63,619 bases of DNA, filler included, from Collodictyon triciliatum (GCA_043381765.1; 6 parts of 6 records of this genome joined end to end with filler, not necessarily neighbours in it); one strand, 5' to 3'; shown: positions 1-19,052, numbered from the whole stretch's first letter. Program-made: numbers and translations. Notes: generated by a model from the letters alone, not told the origin.

Positions 1-84
1 ATATCATAGAACTTACCATAACAATCCTCTTTATTTTTAGAGTTGAAAATTGACAAAATACTAAATAATGAAATGTTGGTCTAG

Positions 85-724
85 ATCCAGGAAAAGGATA
101 CATCGATAAGAACCTTGTTGAGAACCAAGGAAGAAAAAGAAAAGAAAAAGATGCATTCGGTATATGACGAATCGTATGTATTTCATTTTAATATGTCATC
201 CAAGATAAAAAAAAAAGATTCAGCTATACCATAACTTATTCTAACATATCTGCCCTGTTTCGATTATGGTAGCACATGTTAAGAGTTGGAAAAAGAATTC
301 CTTCTCATCACTTTATGCTCATCTTCATTCCAACATGTGTAGTGTGAGGCTGAAAACACTCGAATATAACCAAACTTTGGAAGAGGAGCTACGTCGAAAG
401 AAGGAAAGAGTGGAAAGTGAGCGTGCTCGTTCACCACCCCCCGCACGGGTGAGTTTTCATCAGAATTTGCCATAGTTAATCCGGAGTCTACCGGCCATTT
501 TGTTAGTGTATTTAATATTAAAATTGCCTATTAAGCGCACGAGGCTACAAAATAATGAAAATCAATCATATCATTATTGCAATAGGGTACACCGAGTCCA
601 GGGAGAATTACTAACAGGTCGACTGGTTCTGCTGAAGGTAAGCATGTTGTTCGGTGGCCATGTCACCCTTTACGTCCCTTATATCGCATTTTTTTCTTCT
701 TTTTGGACTTTAGTTAGGAGATAA
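85..724 (+). CDS. 3' part of a spliced coiled-coil protein of unknown function (5' end outside window)
   Basis: Exons ~85-173, 343-448, 586-637 and 714-724 join through GT..AG into IQEKDTSIRTLLRTKEEKEKKK...LEEELRRKKERVESERARSPPPAR-GTPSPGRITNRSTGSAEVRR*; stop TAA at 722-724. Confidence 0.6.
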
Positions 725-2496
725 AATTAAGCATAGGAGAATCGATGATAATTATATATGATCTTTTATGTTATTCTTTCACATGCGACGCCATGTCCAT
801 AGATAGAAACAAAATATTCGTCAACAAAAAAAAGAAAAAATTGTTTGCCTGATTAGCAGTATCCTTAAAGCAACACTTTGCTTGTACGCTCCATTCTCTA
901 GCAAAACGCAAAACACCGGCAACAAGCAAGAGATCACCATCCCCATCACCACAGACGACTCTGAAACTTCCACTGTCTGCATAACAGGATATGTAAAGCC
1001 AACCGAGCCAGCTAACGAAAAAAAAAAGTTTAAAAAAAAAGGCCGCAGACTTTGCTTCTGAGAACTCCATTTTTTGTATTGTTATCCAATCGAAAGTTTA
1101 AATAAAAGACCAAAGGACAATCCATTGAACATTTACGAGTGAAACAGTGATTATTCCATTTCTCTGTGCGCGTGATAAACAAACCCACACACACACACGC
1201 GTGGGGCGGATATGAAGCCAGTTGGTTTATCCAGACCCTGTGAGCCCCAGTCGGTAAAGTACTATGCGCCCGTAGAAGTCGGTACTTGTGGTGAAGACAA
1301 TCCGCAAACTCCTTGTGTTTATTAGGTGATATCTTGGAGATGGGAAAACACCACTTTGCATAGCTTGTATCGCAGTGATGAGTTTTGGGCCCAATCGGTG
1401 TCCGCTGTGGCCAGATGCCTTTTTTCAAGTCGCACATCCGGGTTCAAGTAACGAGGAAAAGGACCGAACTATCACTGCTATTTGTCAATAAAATTTCTCA
1501 AAAGACCTACAAAACCGAGGAATGAACAAAGTTAGAATAACTGCTGGCATGTGGGCAGCTTTCTGACGAATAGCCGGGCGCCCGATTTAGGTTATTTAAG
1601 TTCATTTAGAATCCTGGCCGATTTATATTATTATTACAATGGTTAATTATATTACATAATTCAAAAATGATGAAATATTTTGAATATAATCAAGGGTATT
1701 CCATTTCCGTGGAATAAAACAAAGATAAAGGACAGATATTGCCCCATGAACAACCCCTTACATTAGCATGCTCCGATTCTGCTAAAGCTTGCCTGACAGA
1801 GACTTCATTTGACGCAGTATGCAAAGCCCTCCATCTCCCAAGCGCGTCGTTAATTACAGAAACGGTATAGATACCACAAAAAGCGAGGAATATTGTTCGT
1901 TCTAGACACCTCCCTTGTCCAGAAGCTCAGAGAGCGACACTGAGGTTTCCAACATGCGGATAGGTGCAGATATTAGGGGCTCAAAGACACAAGCCCATGC
2001 GCCCTGGATTAGTCAGCCCACTGCAACACCGCCATTTTTTAATGCTGGAAACAACCATCTTTGCGTAAATATCATAAGCTTACAGATGTTATGTTATTTT
2101 GAACCCAAAGACTCCAATCTGACTGCTTCAGCCATATTTGCTCCTCGCCGTATTACATAAATCGGTGGACACATCAATTAGACAAAGAACGAGTAAATGA
2201 TAATTAATTTCCAGATATATTTTCCATATAGATATACCTGATATAGGTAAGATGATTTTTCCCTCATATGTACTTATTCAAATGTGGAATTTCTATATGC
2301 GGATATCCGTTTCACCGGAAAAGTCAAGCAACAGCCAACTGCGTTCCGCTCGGCAAAAGCGCCACGAAAATGGTGGAGTGGGATGCTTTGCTCAAGGCCC
2401 GACTTTTCGCGTGAGAGCCTCATCCCTTAGCTGACCACGCCCAACAAGACAAGAAATCACACGGCCGAAGCACAACAACGTAACCTAGGGGAGAAA

Positions 2497-2798
2497 AGTA
2501 TAAAAGTAAATATATATACATAAAAGTAAAAATAAAAAAGTAAAAATAAAAAAGTAAAAATAAAAAAGTAAAAATAAAAAAGTAAAAATAAAAAAGTAAA
2601 AATAAAAAAGTAAAAATAAAATAGTAAAAATAAAATAGTAAAAAGTGAAAATAAAAATAAAAATAAACAAGTAAAAATAAACAAGTAAAAATAAACAAGT
2701 AAAAATAAACAAGTAAAAATAAAAATAAAAATAAAAATAAAAATAAACATAAACATAAACATAAACATAAACATAAACATAAACATAAAAATAAAAAA
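2497..2798. repeat. AT-rich compound tandem repeat (AAAAAGTAAAAATA / AAACAAGTAAAAAT / AAACAT units)
   Basis: Directly visible short tandem units; source of the low-complexity F/L/Y ORFs on the minus strand. Confidence 0.9.
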
Positions 2799-3083
2799 GC
2801 ATTTTCAGCCACTCTACCTGTCAATGCTCCCTAGCAACTTTGCCTATTTTCTAAGGTTTATGTTGACTTTGCTTTGCTGTATTCTTATTCACTTTTCTGA
2901 TTCTTTACAGAACAAAACAAAAGAAATCAATTTTTTTTCTACGAAACTCTGACGACCAAATCAGCAATCAGCTACTTAAAAAAAAAAAAAAACAAACGGG
3001 GAAATCAGGCCATAGAATTCTCGCGGCGCCCAGCTGGATACCCGATTCCTGCAACAGCTATACCACCGCACGGCAGATCCGAA

Positions 3084-6000
3084 ATGAACTCAAAACCAAC
3101 TCAGGCATGGGTTACTGAGGAGAAAACCAAAGCAAACAGAGGAACGCACCCAACACATATCAAGGTAACATCTCACCAATGCAGATGTTCCCTCTTGGAA
3201 GGACATGGAACTCTGGGCCCAATACATCCTTTCACCCAATAAAACCCACAATATTTTGAAAGTAGCCATATTTAACTATGCCTGCTTTAACCAAGAACAT
3301 CAATGTTTTACTGACAATTATCCATTACAAATTGTGCGAAGGTTGGAGCCTCTTCAAGTGAAACTCTTGGACTGAATTTCGAATACAAGAACCTTGTTTA
3401 CTCTGTCGACCAAAAGACTATCCTGAACGATGTCTCGGGTCGTGCATACCCAGGTTATTCCTGTCTTAAAATCGACGAAATAGGATGAAGGATTTTCGAT
3501 GCGAAATGATGAAAAGAACGAATAATCTATAAAAATAAAATGAAATAATAATACCACGGCGTGGTACAAGAATCATATAAAACTAAATAAAATTTCCTTT
3601 ATCACTTCTTCAATCCTATGCTACTATTTATCACCGCTTCCCAGGAATGCTTCTGGGTATCATGGGGCCAAGTGGTTTGTGCACTTGTATTGCAGGAACA
3701 TGATTTTTTTTTGGTTTCTTTTCAACAGTTTATTGAGAGAAAACAATTGCAGGAGCATGATATTGGATAGTGACACATGCTGATATAAATCATTTAATGA
3801 GTTTTTATTTATTAAAACCGATATTTATTGTTATCGTCATCTATCATATCGCAACATCCGTGGTGTCTAGGAGCCGGCAAAACCACACTGCTACACTGTC
3901 TATCCGGTATAATCAATACAACAAAAAACGAAAGAAGCAAAATTGATGATAAAAATATACCATTCGTATCACATTCCAGCTCAATGGGGAAAATCAAGCC
4001 TCGCAGAGTTCATCGCAAATCACATACGCCAGACGAAGTTTATACTATAATTGCTTCTCCTTTTAAAGCTGGTGCACCAGCAAATCATCTCTCTTCCTCA
4101 AGTTCATCATATTGCATCCAGGAAGACGCATGGCTGGTCAGCTACAGGGAGATGTTGCTGTCAATGCAAATCCAGTCAGCAAGGACCTGATGCAGGTATG
4201 GGCTTTTCCTTCTGGTTGATGATTCGAGGCATCGGGCCATAAGAGAACCCACCGCAATGCACAAGAACTGTAATGTTGGAATCAACAAACAAAACACGCT
4301 AACCTTTCATCATGCTAACGACCGACTTCTGGATACACCAGAGAATATCAGCGTTTGTGGAGCAAATGGACGTCCTGTTTGGGTCATCCGTAAGTACATC
4401 TGACACATCATGCAACAATACGGAAAGAGAGGAAAAGGGATGGTATAGTATAGGCAAAAAAGGGCAAAAGGAAGGGTTCGTGTGCTTACTGAGCACTCCT
4501 TTTCCTACGATAGACACCTCGAGAGGCACTTCTTTTTGCATCGAAACTACGACTGGACTCTAATATCAAGGACCAATATCTTCTCGAGCGTGTGGATAAC
4601 TTGATTGAAGAGCTCGGCCTGAGCAAATGCAAACACTCATTGATAGGGTAAGCTGAAGATTTTGGAGATACTGTGTAATGGCAACAGTTTGGTAGCCTTT
4701 AGCTTCTATTTTTGTTTTTGTTTTTGTTTTTGTTTTTGTTTTTGTTTTTGTTTTTGTTTTTGTTTTTGTTTTGTTTGTTTTTTGTTTGTTTTTTGTTTGT
4801 TTTTTGTTCTTTGTTTTTGTTTTTGTTTTTGTTTTTGTTTTTTGTTTTTGTTTTTGTTTTTGTTTTTGTTTTTTGTTTGTTTGTTTTTTATGTTTTGTTC
4901 TTTTTTTGTTCTTTTTTGTTCTTTTTTGTTCTTTTTTGTTCTTTTTTTTGTTTGTTGAGTGACCGTGATGTTTCTTCTGGTAGAGGACACATAGTATTAA
5001 TCACAAATTATTATTTGACGCTCAGATATATCGGGGAGGCGGCAAAGAATAGCGGACTAAAAAGAGGGCTTTCTGGGGGAGAGCGCAAACGTCTGTCGAT
5101 TGGGTTCGAGCTGATTACGGAGCCGCTACTGATTTTTCTTGACGAGCCGACAACAGGTGAGTCCTGTACAGAGAGGGCATGATATCTCAGATTGATGTAT
5201 AGCCAACGAGAACAATTCATAAAGCTCATATATACAATAAACCATGAACCATACATTGTAAATTATACGAAACAAAAAAAATGAATACAAGAACACTTAC
5301 CGACAAGCCACCATGTATGCCACTTCTGTGTGGAGATATAGATGTTCTATTATCCACTCCAAGCTTGTCGAATATCGAACATTCTCATGTGCCTTGCAAC
5401 CCCGCACCATGGGGATTCTTTACGTTACACATGACGCAAATAGAGATGCTGAGGTCTGGCCTTTCTTTTTTTAACAGGTCTGGACTCCTTCGCAGCAAAC
5501 AGTGTGATTCGTACACTCCGAAGGCTGGCGATACGACAGAACCGCACAGTCATCTTCACCATACACCAGGTAGGAATGGCAGACAAAAGAGCAACAACCA
5601 AACTACATACCAGGTCTATACAAGAGAACTCACCTATGTGCGAGTGTTTAAAGACACAGGGATTTGGAATGGGAGTTTGGACAAAGCCGCAGGGTTTTAC
5701 CCACGGAGAGTAAAAGTCGTTTTAGAGGTATTTGAAGATTTCTAACCAACGGTACACGCAGCCGTCCGATGAGATATTCGAGTTACTGGACTACGTGCAC
5801 ACACTAGCGCTGGGGAGAACAATCTATTTCGGAGCACGAGAGCATCTTGTGGGATACTTCCATGAGATTGGCCGACCGTGTCCACCCCTGTCCATCATTC
5901 CAGACCACTTGAGTAAGTCATCCACATCCACATCCACATGCGTGTGAGAAAGAGAACAAGGGAAGATGCGCCACTGCCACTCACTCTCCATGATGGATAT

Positions 6001-8458
6001 TTATCTAAAAGAACCTTAATATGGCGTTTAATCAGCGTTGTATATGGATTGACAAGCATCTATGCATTGATTTTTCAGTTGATATGATATTCGGAGATGA
6101 CCTGGAGAGAAACAAAGGCAGCTATCTTGAAATGGACCCCAACAAGCGAGACGTAGGCAGCTTTATTGAACAAGCTCGGCAACTCGCGATGGTAAGCCAG
6201 GCAGACAAATGATAACTCCATCATACTTGCCTTATTTTTTTCTTCGTAATTTTATAAATAAAACATGAATAATCGAACTGATGAGTGTATGCAACGGCCT
6301 CTACAGAAATACAAGGAGTCTAGTGTGTGGACAGAAATCGAGAAGAGACCGTCGCCAGAGTATACGGACTTGAGCATCACTAACGGGTGAATATCCTCGA
6401 GATGTTTATATGATGATACCGTTATGGATAATATGGATTGAGGGCAGTAGTATTGAGGCGTATAGAAGCACATAGATGATAGATAATCGGATGATATATT
6501 TTTCCAGCATGATGATATAAAAGTGAGGTTATGAAATAATAGGCGTCACGGTAAAGCGAGTTTTGCACGGCAGTTTCGAGTACTAAGCGAGCGAGCATGG
6601 AAGGACGCCATACGAGAACCGCGACAGGTTTAAGACAGAAAAGGGGTTTTTTTTTTTTTGTATGAAGATGTAAGCGGAACGGGAGGCATGCATATTTGGT
6701 AAATTGAATAGCAAAAGAAGGAAGCAAAACTCACTGGGAATACCACCACAGCTTCGCTCTTGGATTGGTCAAGCGATATTTATGGGACTTTTTCTGGGAT
6801 TAACATACTTCCAGCTAGACTACACTCAAGTTTGATTAAATGTGATAGATTTCTAATTAACAAATTGTCAAAATTATTTGCAGGATTTTTTTACAGAAAT
6901 GTCTATGTAGGAAACCTCGCAGTATTGCTTTATATATCTTACAGAACCCAATTGTTAGATAAATGTAGGGGACAGAATGGGATGTCTTTTTATGTGCATG
7001 ACACTGATGTTTATGACATCTTTCAATTCGCCTATCAATCTTTGTAAGTATATATATCTTTTCAAGGCTTAGGATGTTTTGAATGAAAGTATTTTTGCGC
7101 TTATAAGAAATACTCGACGATGTTAGTTCCTGCGGAACGGGCCATCTTCCTTCATGAGTTTCGACAAGGATTATATGACACTCTCCCCTATTTTCTCGCC
7201 AAGCTCAGCACCGAGGTCTCGAAAACACTTATTTAGTTTATATTTATTTATTCATTCAATTAGTTGTCATTTTTAAGTTCGAATTTTCCTTGAAGGCAGC
7301 ACAATTAGTTATTCGACCCTTGTTATATGCAATCACCGCTTATTGGTTGATTAATTTGAACCCTGAGGTATTATTTCCTTCTTGCTTAATTATTACCAAA
7401 GGCACTGTTTTTGTATTTTTCCTTTTATTCTGATATTTTGTACGTACCAATCTTAAGGATTAAAATTTACCGTGATGTGATAATTTTTTGACAGGGGTCC
7501 CGATTTGTTATTTTCGTCATTGTGATGTCTGCTGTTTCCTACTGTGTGTTTTCCCTTGGTAAGGTCCCAAAAGAAAAAGAAAAAGAACTTGGATAAATCT
7601 ACAATGGTTGTTGAAAATGGAACATTCCTTCCAACCTCGACTATTTGTAACAATTTTTTTGTAGCATTAGTGCTTGTTGCTTCAATTCAAGATGCGGCCA
7701 TAGTACTAGCTGTAATGCCGATCATCTTTATTCCATTTGTTGTAATTTCAGGCTTTTATGTGAATCTAGATTCGATGCCAGTGTTTATTTCATGGTAGGT
7801 ATCTTGTTTATATCGATAAAATGTTACATAAACTTTGCAGCAACCATCAGATAAATATGACTTAAAAATGTGTTGGTGAGAGCCTTTATGCTTTTCATAT
7901 TTAAATATTTTCTACATAGGATGCAGCACATCAGTTTCATCAAATATGGGTATAAAAACATAAATTTATGATAAATATGGTCTGATATTATTCTCATATC
8001 TTCGCTTCGAAGGAATTTATCCGAACTTTACATTTTTTTCAATTCCACAATCGCTATCTAACTGCATAAGATGTCCCCATGAGAGACTAGGAAGTATATT
8101 ACATTTTTTTTATTTATTAATTTTTTCTCTTTATTAACAGCTACCGAGCCATATTGAACAACGAGTTTCATGATATTCACATCAAATGCACTGAGGCGGA
8201 GCGAATTCTATACAATTGTGAGATATCCTTGTTACCTTTAGTACAAACGTATTTTCTTTTACTTGCAAGACCATCACACGCGTCCTAATTACCGATACAG
8301 GTGCATGTCCGTATCAAACAGGGGATGACGTTTTGTCCAGCCTTGGGATGAAAGGTCACCCTATCGGCCAAGACATTGTCACGATGATAGGCATCGGTGC
8401 TGTTTGTAGTTTCTCTGCCTTTTTCATTTTAAGGCACAAAGCACACAAAGAGATATGA
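3084..8458 (+). CDS. ABCG (White-family) half transporter, multi-exon
   Basis: Spliced product has [12 protein letters not shown], Walker A GIMGPSG|AGKTT, Q-loop [12 protein letters not shown], signature [13 protein letters not shown], Walker [15 protein letters not shown]-loop [10 protein letters not shown], then TM domain ([40 protein letters not shown]); stop TGA 8456-8458. Start ATG is tentative. Confidence 0.92.
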
Positions 8459-8689
8459 GCAGCTTCCATGGCCCAACTTAGGATTATCAAGGCTGCGACT
8501 AGATAAACTAAAACTAAAACTAAAAGTTCGACTCGAAAAAAGGAGAAGAAAAAACAGAAACAAAAAAGTACAAATATGCGAGGGAAAAGGAAAAATAAAA
8601 ATAAAAATAAAAAAAAAGCAAGATCGAGCAGAGGCACTCATGAATGTCCGTCTGTACAGAGTACGCAACTTGAGAACCACACACTACGA

Positions 8690-10987
8690 ATGGGAGCGTT
8701 CTTCTCCTCTAGTCCTCCACAATTACTTGCCGAGCAAGCCAACTTTTGCTACCAAGGCTTGTCTGTCGTCCCCACCGTAATCGTCAATGCGACACAACTC
8801 CAAGTGCTTCTCTTGGCTGAGAACAAGGTGAAAGATCCATTCCTTTTATGAAGCAGTGCAGTTTGATTTTGTATTTTGATGTTTGTTCAACTAGAGTCTA
8901 TCCAAAAACAAAAACAAAAACAAAAACAAAAACAAAAACAAAAACAAAAACAAAAACAAAAACAAAAACAAAAACAAAAACAAAAACAAAAACAAAAACA
9001 AANNNNNNNNNNNNNNNNNNNNNNNNNNNNNNNNNNNNNNNNNNNNTTAATTAATTAANNNNNNNNNNNNNNNNNNNNNNNNNNNNNNNNNNNNNNNNNN
9101 NNAACAAAAACAAAAACAAAAACAAAAACAAAAACAAAAACAAAAAACAAAAAACANNNNNNNNNNNNNNNNNNNNNNNNNNNNNNNNNNNNNNNNNNNN
9201 NNNNAAAACAAGAGACATTTCCTGCGATGAAGCTTCTTATCCACCTTCTCTCTGCAATATTACCCTACTCCTGTTCTATCGCTTACTAACTCTACTTTAT
9301 TTCTTCTCTTAAAAATAAACAAATTTAACTTCAGCTTTCACACTTACCGCGACAGCTAAGCCTTCTTAGTTGTTTGACTCGCTTGGCGATCGGGGCTAAT
9401 CATGTTCATAGATTTTATATAATATAGGGTCATAGATAGAAGATTAGATAAAATGCTCATTTACATTTTATGTACAATTGAAATACATATGAATAAAGTA
9501 GACATTAGCTGTAAATTCATAAGATATCAATAACATTAGTTTACTCATGTTCCCGATTGTGTGATGACACTGGATAACTTAAAGTGGTTAGGTTTAAACA
9601 ACAATAAGGTTCTGACATTTTTTTCACCCTGTTTATTGCGATATTGTTTTTAAATGAGCATATTATATACAATCCATGGTTATTTAAGCCAACTATTCAT
9701 TTGAAAATATGAATAGATTTCATCGATGCCAAGAAATTTTTCTTGTCTCACTAATTTGATATCTTTGAGCATCCGAGGAAATCAGGTTTGTAAAAAGTTG
9801 TGCATATTTAAATAATTTTTTCAAGTCGAAGGGAAAAAAAGTTTGGAATAGATAGAGTGTAGTAAAAAATGAAAAGATAGGATATCCTATGTAGAAAATG
9901 TCAAATGATCGCCTTCCTTGAATTGACATATTGAATTAAAAATATTAGAGAAATTATCGAAACATCTTCACTTACAAATAAACAGTTTACAGAGTTGCCA
10001 GATTCCATGAGCAATCTTACAAGGATAACCGAACTTCTTACCTTAAATAACAAGGTTTTCATACCTCCGTAATTAATTGGGTGTACTGAATGTGACATCA
10101 AATATATTGCATCTTATCTTTTTATATTATTTTGGGATTTAGATTGGTCATTATCCCGAATGGATATGGAAGTTTAGGGACCTTTCTATATTCAAATATT
10201 CATTGAGTTCTTCTGCTACACACGTAAATGCCCCTAGAGGAATTACGAGTCTTCCATGTTGGAGAAACCATGCTCCAGGATGTGATATGCAGATTTCATA
10301 CGGAGAGTCCTTGAGAAACCTTAGTCTCTATAATCACCCTCCCTTCTATGTCGGGGAGGATATCCATACAATTCCTGCTCATGTTAGAGAACTATCACAC
10401 CACACGATATTAGACCTTTCTCAAAATAAAGTACGAGCCAAAACTATTTGTTTTGATCATTCATATGTATTGAAATAGTCTACATCTTGATAAATAAAAT
10501 AACCAAATTTACTACGGAAGACTGAAGCAGTACTTTTTACTGTCAGATCGAAGACATAGCATCTTTGAGTATTCTAACTAATTTGGAGGTCCTTTCGCTA
10601 TCGAAAAACGAGGTTTTCCTTCAGCATGCGCCACAATGATTTATTTTTTTAAAAAAAATTCTACTTTATTGTTGCAATAAATATGTGTTAATTGGCCAAG
10701 ATTTCGTAAGCAATCTTCCATAGGTTATTAATTTGAACATATTTTATCTGTTACAGCACGTATGGTACACGTAAATGACCCATGATTTGATTTACTAGAT
10801 TCACCACCTACCAGACAGCATATTCCTGTTAACAAGGATGACAAGCCTGGATATTTCAAGCAACACAGTAGGCCCCTAAATTTACAAAAAAAAAAATAAT
10901 AAATTATTGCATTATTCGACATTGTTAACCATAGACCAGAAAGTTCAGAATTTATTATCATAATTATTATCATTATTATCATTATTA

Positions 10988-11075
<88 letters not shown>

Positions 11076-11633
11076 CACCATCATCATCATGAAAACCAAT
11101 AGATCACGGCACTCCCGGCATCTTTGTCCAATTTGACGAATCTGCATGAATTGCACGCTTCAGGGAACAAGGTTTTCAGCCTGCATCATCTATAGCTTTT
11201 GATCATTTTAAGGATTACTATTTATACCAAATTATGACATAGTTATCAGAGTTACCGAGCCTTAACCCTTTGGTTTTCCTGATTGTCCTTGAACTGTCAG
11301 AAAATATGTTTTCAGAGAGAGCACAACATTTTCTGGATGCAATCACTATAGAAAAAACGTGTTATAGATTGCCAATATATATTTCACATTTGGATGATGT
11401 CTTTTTTATGCTTCCTTACAAGAAGCATATCGACTTAGCAAATTGCATGGTAAAAAAACCAGGAAATTCATATCTCATCATATATAATTTCTTTATTGAG
11501 TATGATTAAATAAAAAATTTTTAAAAGCTATCAGAATTACCAGTATCTTTTGGAAATCTCACTCACGTGCAAAAACTAGACATTAGCTACAATAAGGTTT
11601 CATACTCTTATTAGCTCATCATCATGCTGTTGC

Positions 11634-11728
<95 letters not shown>

Positions 11729-12107
11729 TAAAAAATGAAAAGTTCCTTAGGATACCGGAGCCATTAAAAAATTTGACAAATCTAGTTCAACTGTCGATCC
11801 ACCACAACAAAGTTGCTTTTTATATGTTAAAAATTGCAATTCAGATTTTTTTACCTACTTTTTCTCCAACATTTGATAATTATATACATCTTACAGATAT
11901 TTGAAATACCGTCATGGATATCATCTCTAAAGAATTTAAGGGTCTTGGAGACAAAGGTTACTTCAATGAGCTACTTTTTATAAAATTTGAACTAATTTAA
12001 ATATTTCAAATATACAGAGTATAATTAGAGAGGTATGTCTCAGTGTCTTACGCTTCGAAAGTCGACGGGATATGCTATCGATTAATTTTTACATGAGCAC
12101 TCACTGA
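8690..12107 (+). CDS. Leucine-rich repeat protein with putative N-myristoylation signal; about one 23-aa LRR per exon
   Basis: Starts MGAFFSS; exons translate to LSHLPRQLSLLSCLTRLAIGANH, FTELPDSMSNLTRITELLTLNNK, ITALPASLSNLTNLHELHASGNK, LSELPVSFGNLTHVQKLDISYNK etc., joined by phase-0 introns. Assembly gaps at 9003-9204; last exon uncertain. Confidence 0.85.
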
Positions 12108-13109
12108 TATGTATTGAATCTTTGTCACAAAAGCATGTCAATAGGACAAGAAATGTAATAAATTTCAGAATCAATACTTATTTTCATGAAATCAATATAA
12201 AAACTATGAATTTTCACACCAAATGCTGCAAACGAACGAAAAATGAAACAAAATTTTCAATTAAAAGGATGTAATTAATTTTAATTAATGATTATCATAA
12301 TTTAATCATAAATAGGATCGAAGCAATATTATTCTTACTTTTTACGTCTAATTTTTTTTAATCGAAAAATCCTTCTCAATAGACGGTTTGTATCCTCTCT
12401 TCATAAAATAAATTATGATTTGTACTGACATTATTTCGACTCAGGAAGTTTGTTCTTAAATTAGATTGCATGCACTCATTTATATATTGAATGATGGTGA
12501 TTTGAACCATAAATTTATGTATATGTTAAAAAAAATTTTTTTGTTCAGAATGAGTCCAATCTAGTAAGCTTAATCGAATGCATTTTATAAGAAATTTTTT
12601 TTTAAAAAAAGAAATCCCAATAACCGAATTTCAAAACAGGATGTAAGCCAGATTTAATCTTTTATTTCATTCATGCACAATTCATCGATAACAAAAATCC
12701 TGTTTCTTTTAGGAGGTTTTTTAGATTTTATGATGTAAATGCACTATTTTGGCTTCATATTCTAATCATATTTCAACATCATGGTTCCTTTATCTTTTCC
12801 AAGATGGTAATATTTACAAAAAAAAAAACGCTGATTTCTATAGGCATTGATATACAATTTCATTTTAAATAATACCGCTTTAACATAGATACAATTCGCT
12901 CCTCGTTCTTTTAAAAGTCTGCCTTGTTTTAAGCAACCTGTCCGGTGTGGAAAATTTGACCATATCGAGTTTTACTCAACTGGCGAGTGAAAAGGTATAT
13001 TGGCTTCTTTGACATATTTATTCAACACAAAAAAGTGATTTTTTCCCTCGCATCATTCTTGAATTTGATGTTTTATTTTTTCATTTAAGGCCGCCTTTTT
13101 CTCTCCATA

Positions 13110-17549
<4,440 letters not shown>

Positions 17550-18506
17550 TTCGATTTTACTCTACCGGATGCGGAATAATGTGTATATAAAAATTATGAT
17601 ATTAATCACCATTATTATGATATATGAATCGGTAACATTTTTTTCAATGATTTGTATATTATCCCTCTAAAGCCAATCACCCTGTTATTCATGGTGACCG
17701 TCGTGTACTTTTGATGCTTTTGGAAATATTTCTCATCATGTATAATAAATTATAGTATGATAAAGAGGTACATTATGAGCTGCGTTGATCTTTGAAGGCT
17801 TCGTTAGACTCTGAAAAAATCATAAAGTAATTACCGATGGGAAATGATTTTTGTTGTATCCTATATTATCTCTTTCCTCGCCTCAGCTGTTGCTGCTGAG
17901 CTTCGGTTCAACAATTGGCTTAAATATCCTGACACAGTCCTGGGTTAGTGATTTATTGTTGAGATCATTCTCTCTGCAAAGGTAACACAGGCTACGGGGA
18001 ATATGCATCTACCTTTCACCATCCTGTGGCAGCTCTCGAAGTGNNNNNNNNNNNNNNNNNNNNNNNNNNNNNNNNNNNNNNNNNNNNNNNNNNNNNNNNN
18101 NNNNNNNNNNNNNNNNNNNNNNNNNNNNNNNNNNNNNNNNNNNNNNNNNNNNNNNNNNNNNNNNNNNNNNNNNNNNNNNNNNNNNNNNNNNNNNNNNNNN
18201 NNNNNNNNNNNNNNNNNNNNNNNNNNNNNNNNNNNNNNNNNNNNNNNNNNNNNNNNNNNNNNNNNNNNNNNNNNNNNNNNNNNNNNNNNNNNNNNNNNNN
18301 NNNNNNNNNNNNNNNNNNNNNNNNNNNNNNNNNNNNNNNNNNNNNNNNNNNNNNNNNNNNNNNNNNNNNNNNNNNNNNNNNNNNNNNNNNNNNNNNNNNN
18401 NNNNNNNNNNNNNNNNNNNNNNNNNNNNNNNNNNNNNNNNNNNNNNNNNNNNNNNNNNNNNNNNNNNNNNNNNNNNNNNNNNNNNNNNNNNNNNNNNNNN
18501 NNNGAA

Positions 18507-19052
18507 ATGGATCACGCGGATTCAGAGTCAAGGACACCTCTAATAACTCCGCCCAAGTTTGATCAAAAGCTGACACCTGGAACATATGGTTTGATGATTT
18601 TCATCGCTCTTATTATGTTTCAGTACATCATTCTTGTTTCACGTATATACGAAAAGAAGGAGACTATCATATACTACTTAATCCCCTCGCGCAGGTTCAG
18701 GAGGCCAGTTTTCTGTGGAAACAGCTCAGGTATGTTTCTCCATGAAATAAGGCCTGACTTTGACCTTTTCTTACTCCTGAATAATTCAAACCGCATTTCC
18801 AATGCGCCGCCGCGTTTGGAGTGTGAAACTCACTCGGTCCATTGATAACATTAAATTACAGGATGTGGAAAAAGATTTGCCGGAGCTGAGCTTGGAATAC
18901 AAGAACCTTGTTTACTCTGCCGACCAAAAGACTATCCTGGACGATGTCTCGGGTCGTGCATACCCAGGTTATTCCTGTCTTAAAATCGACGAAATAGGAT
19001 GAAGGATTTTCGATGCGAAATGATGAAAAGAACGAATAATCTATAAAAATAA
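18507..19052 (+). CDS. 5' exons of a third ABCG gene, cut off by an assembly gap
   Basis: Three exons splice in frame (MDHADSES...[51 protein letters not shown]); 18895-19052 matches 3381-3538 with 2 mismatches. Confidence 0.75.

Noticed and set aside
771-2434. Short ORFs of 60-135 aa between the first gene and the first ABCG
   Set aside because: No recognisable motifs or consistent splice model.
4662-4990. FC/FL/QK/TK, poly-I and poly-Y ORFs here and elsewhere
   Set aside because: Translations of intronic microsatellites such as (TTTTTG)n, (TAT)n and (TTTG)n.
7408-7442. Possible fifth, degenerate micro-insertion (TTTTTCCTTTTATTCTGAT between TTTTGTA repeats)
   Set aside because: Too diverged and T-rich to distinguish from chance.
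9003-9102. TTAATTAATTAA palindrome embedded in N runs (also near 19097, 38241, 57366, 62270)
   Set aside because: Identical six-frame-stop spacer between contigs; an assembly artefact.
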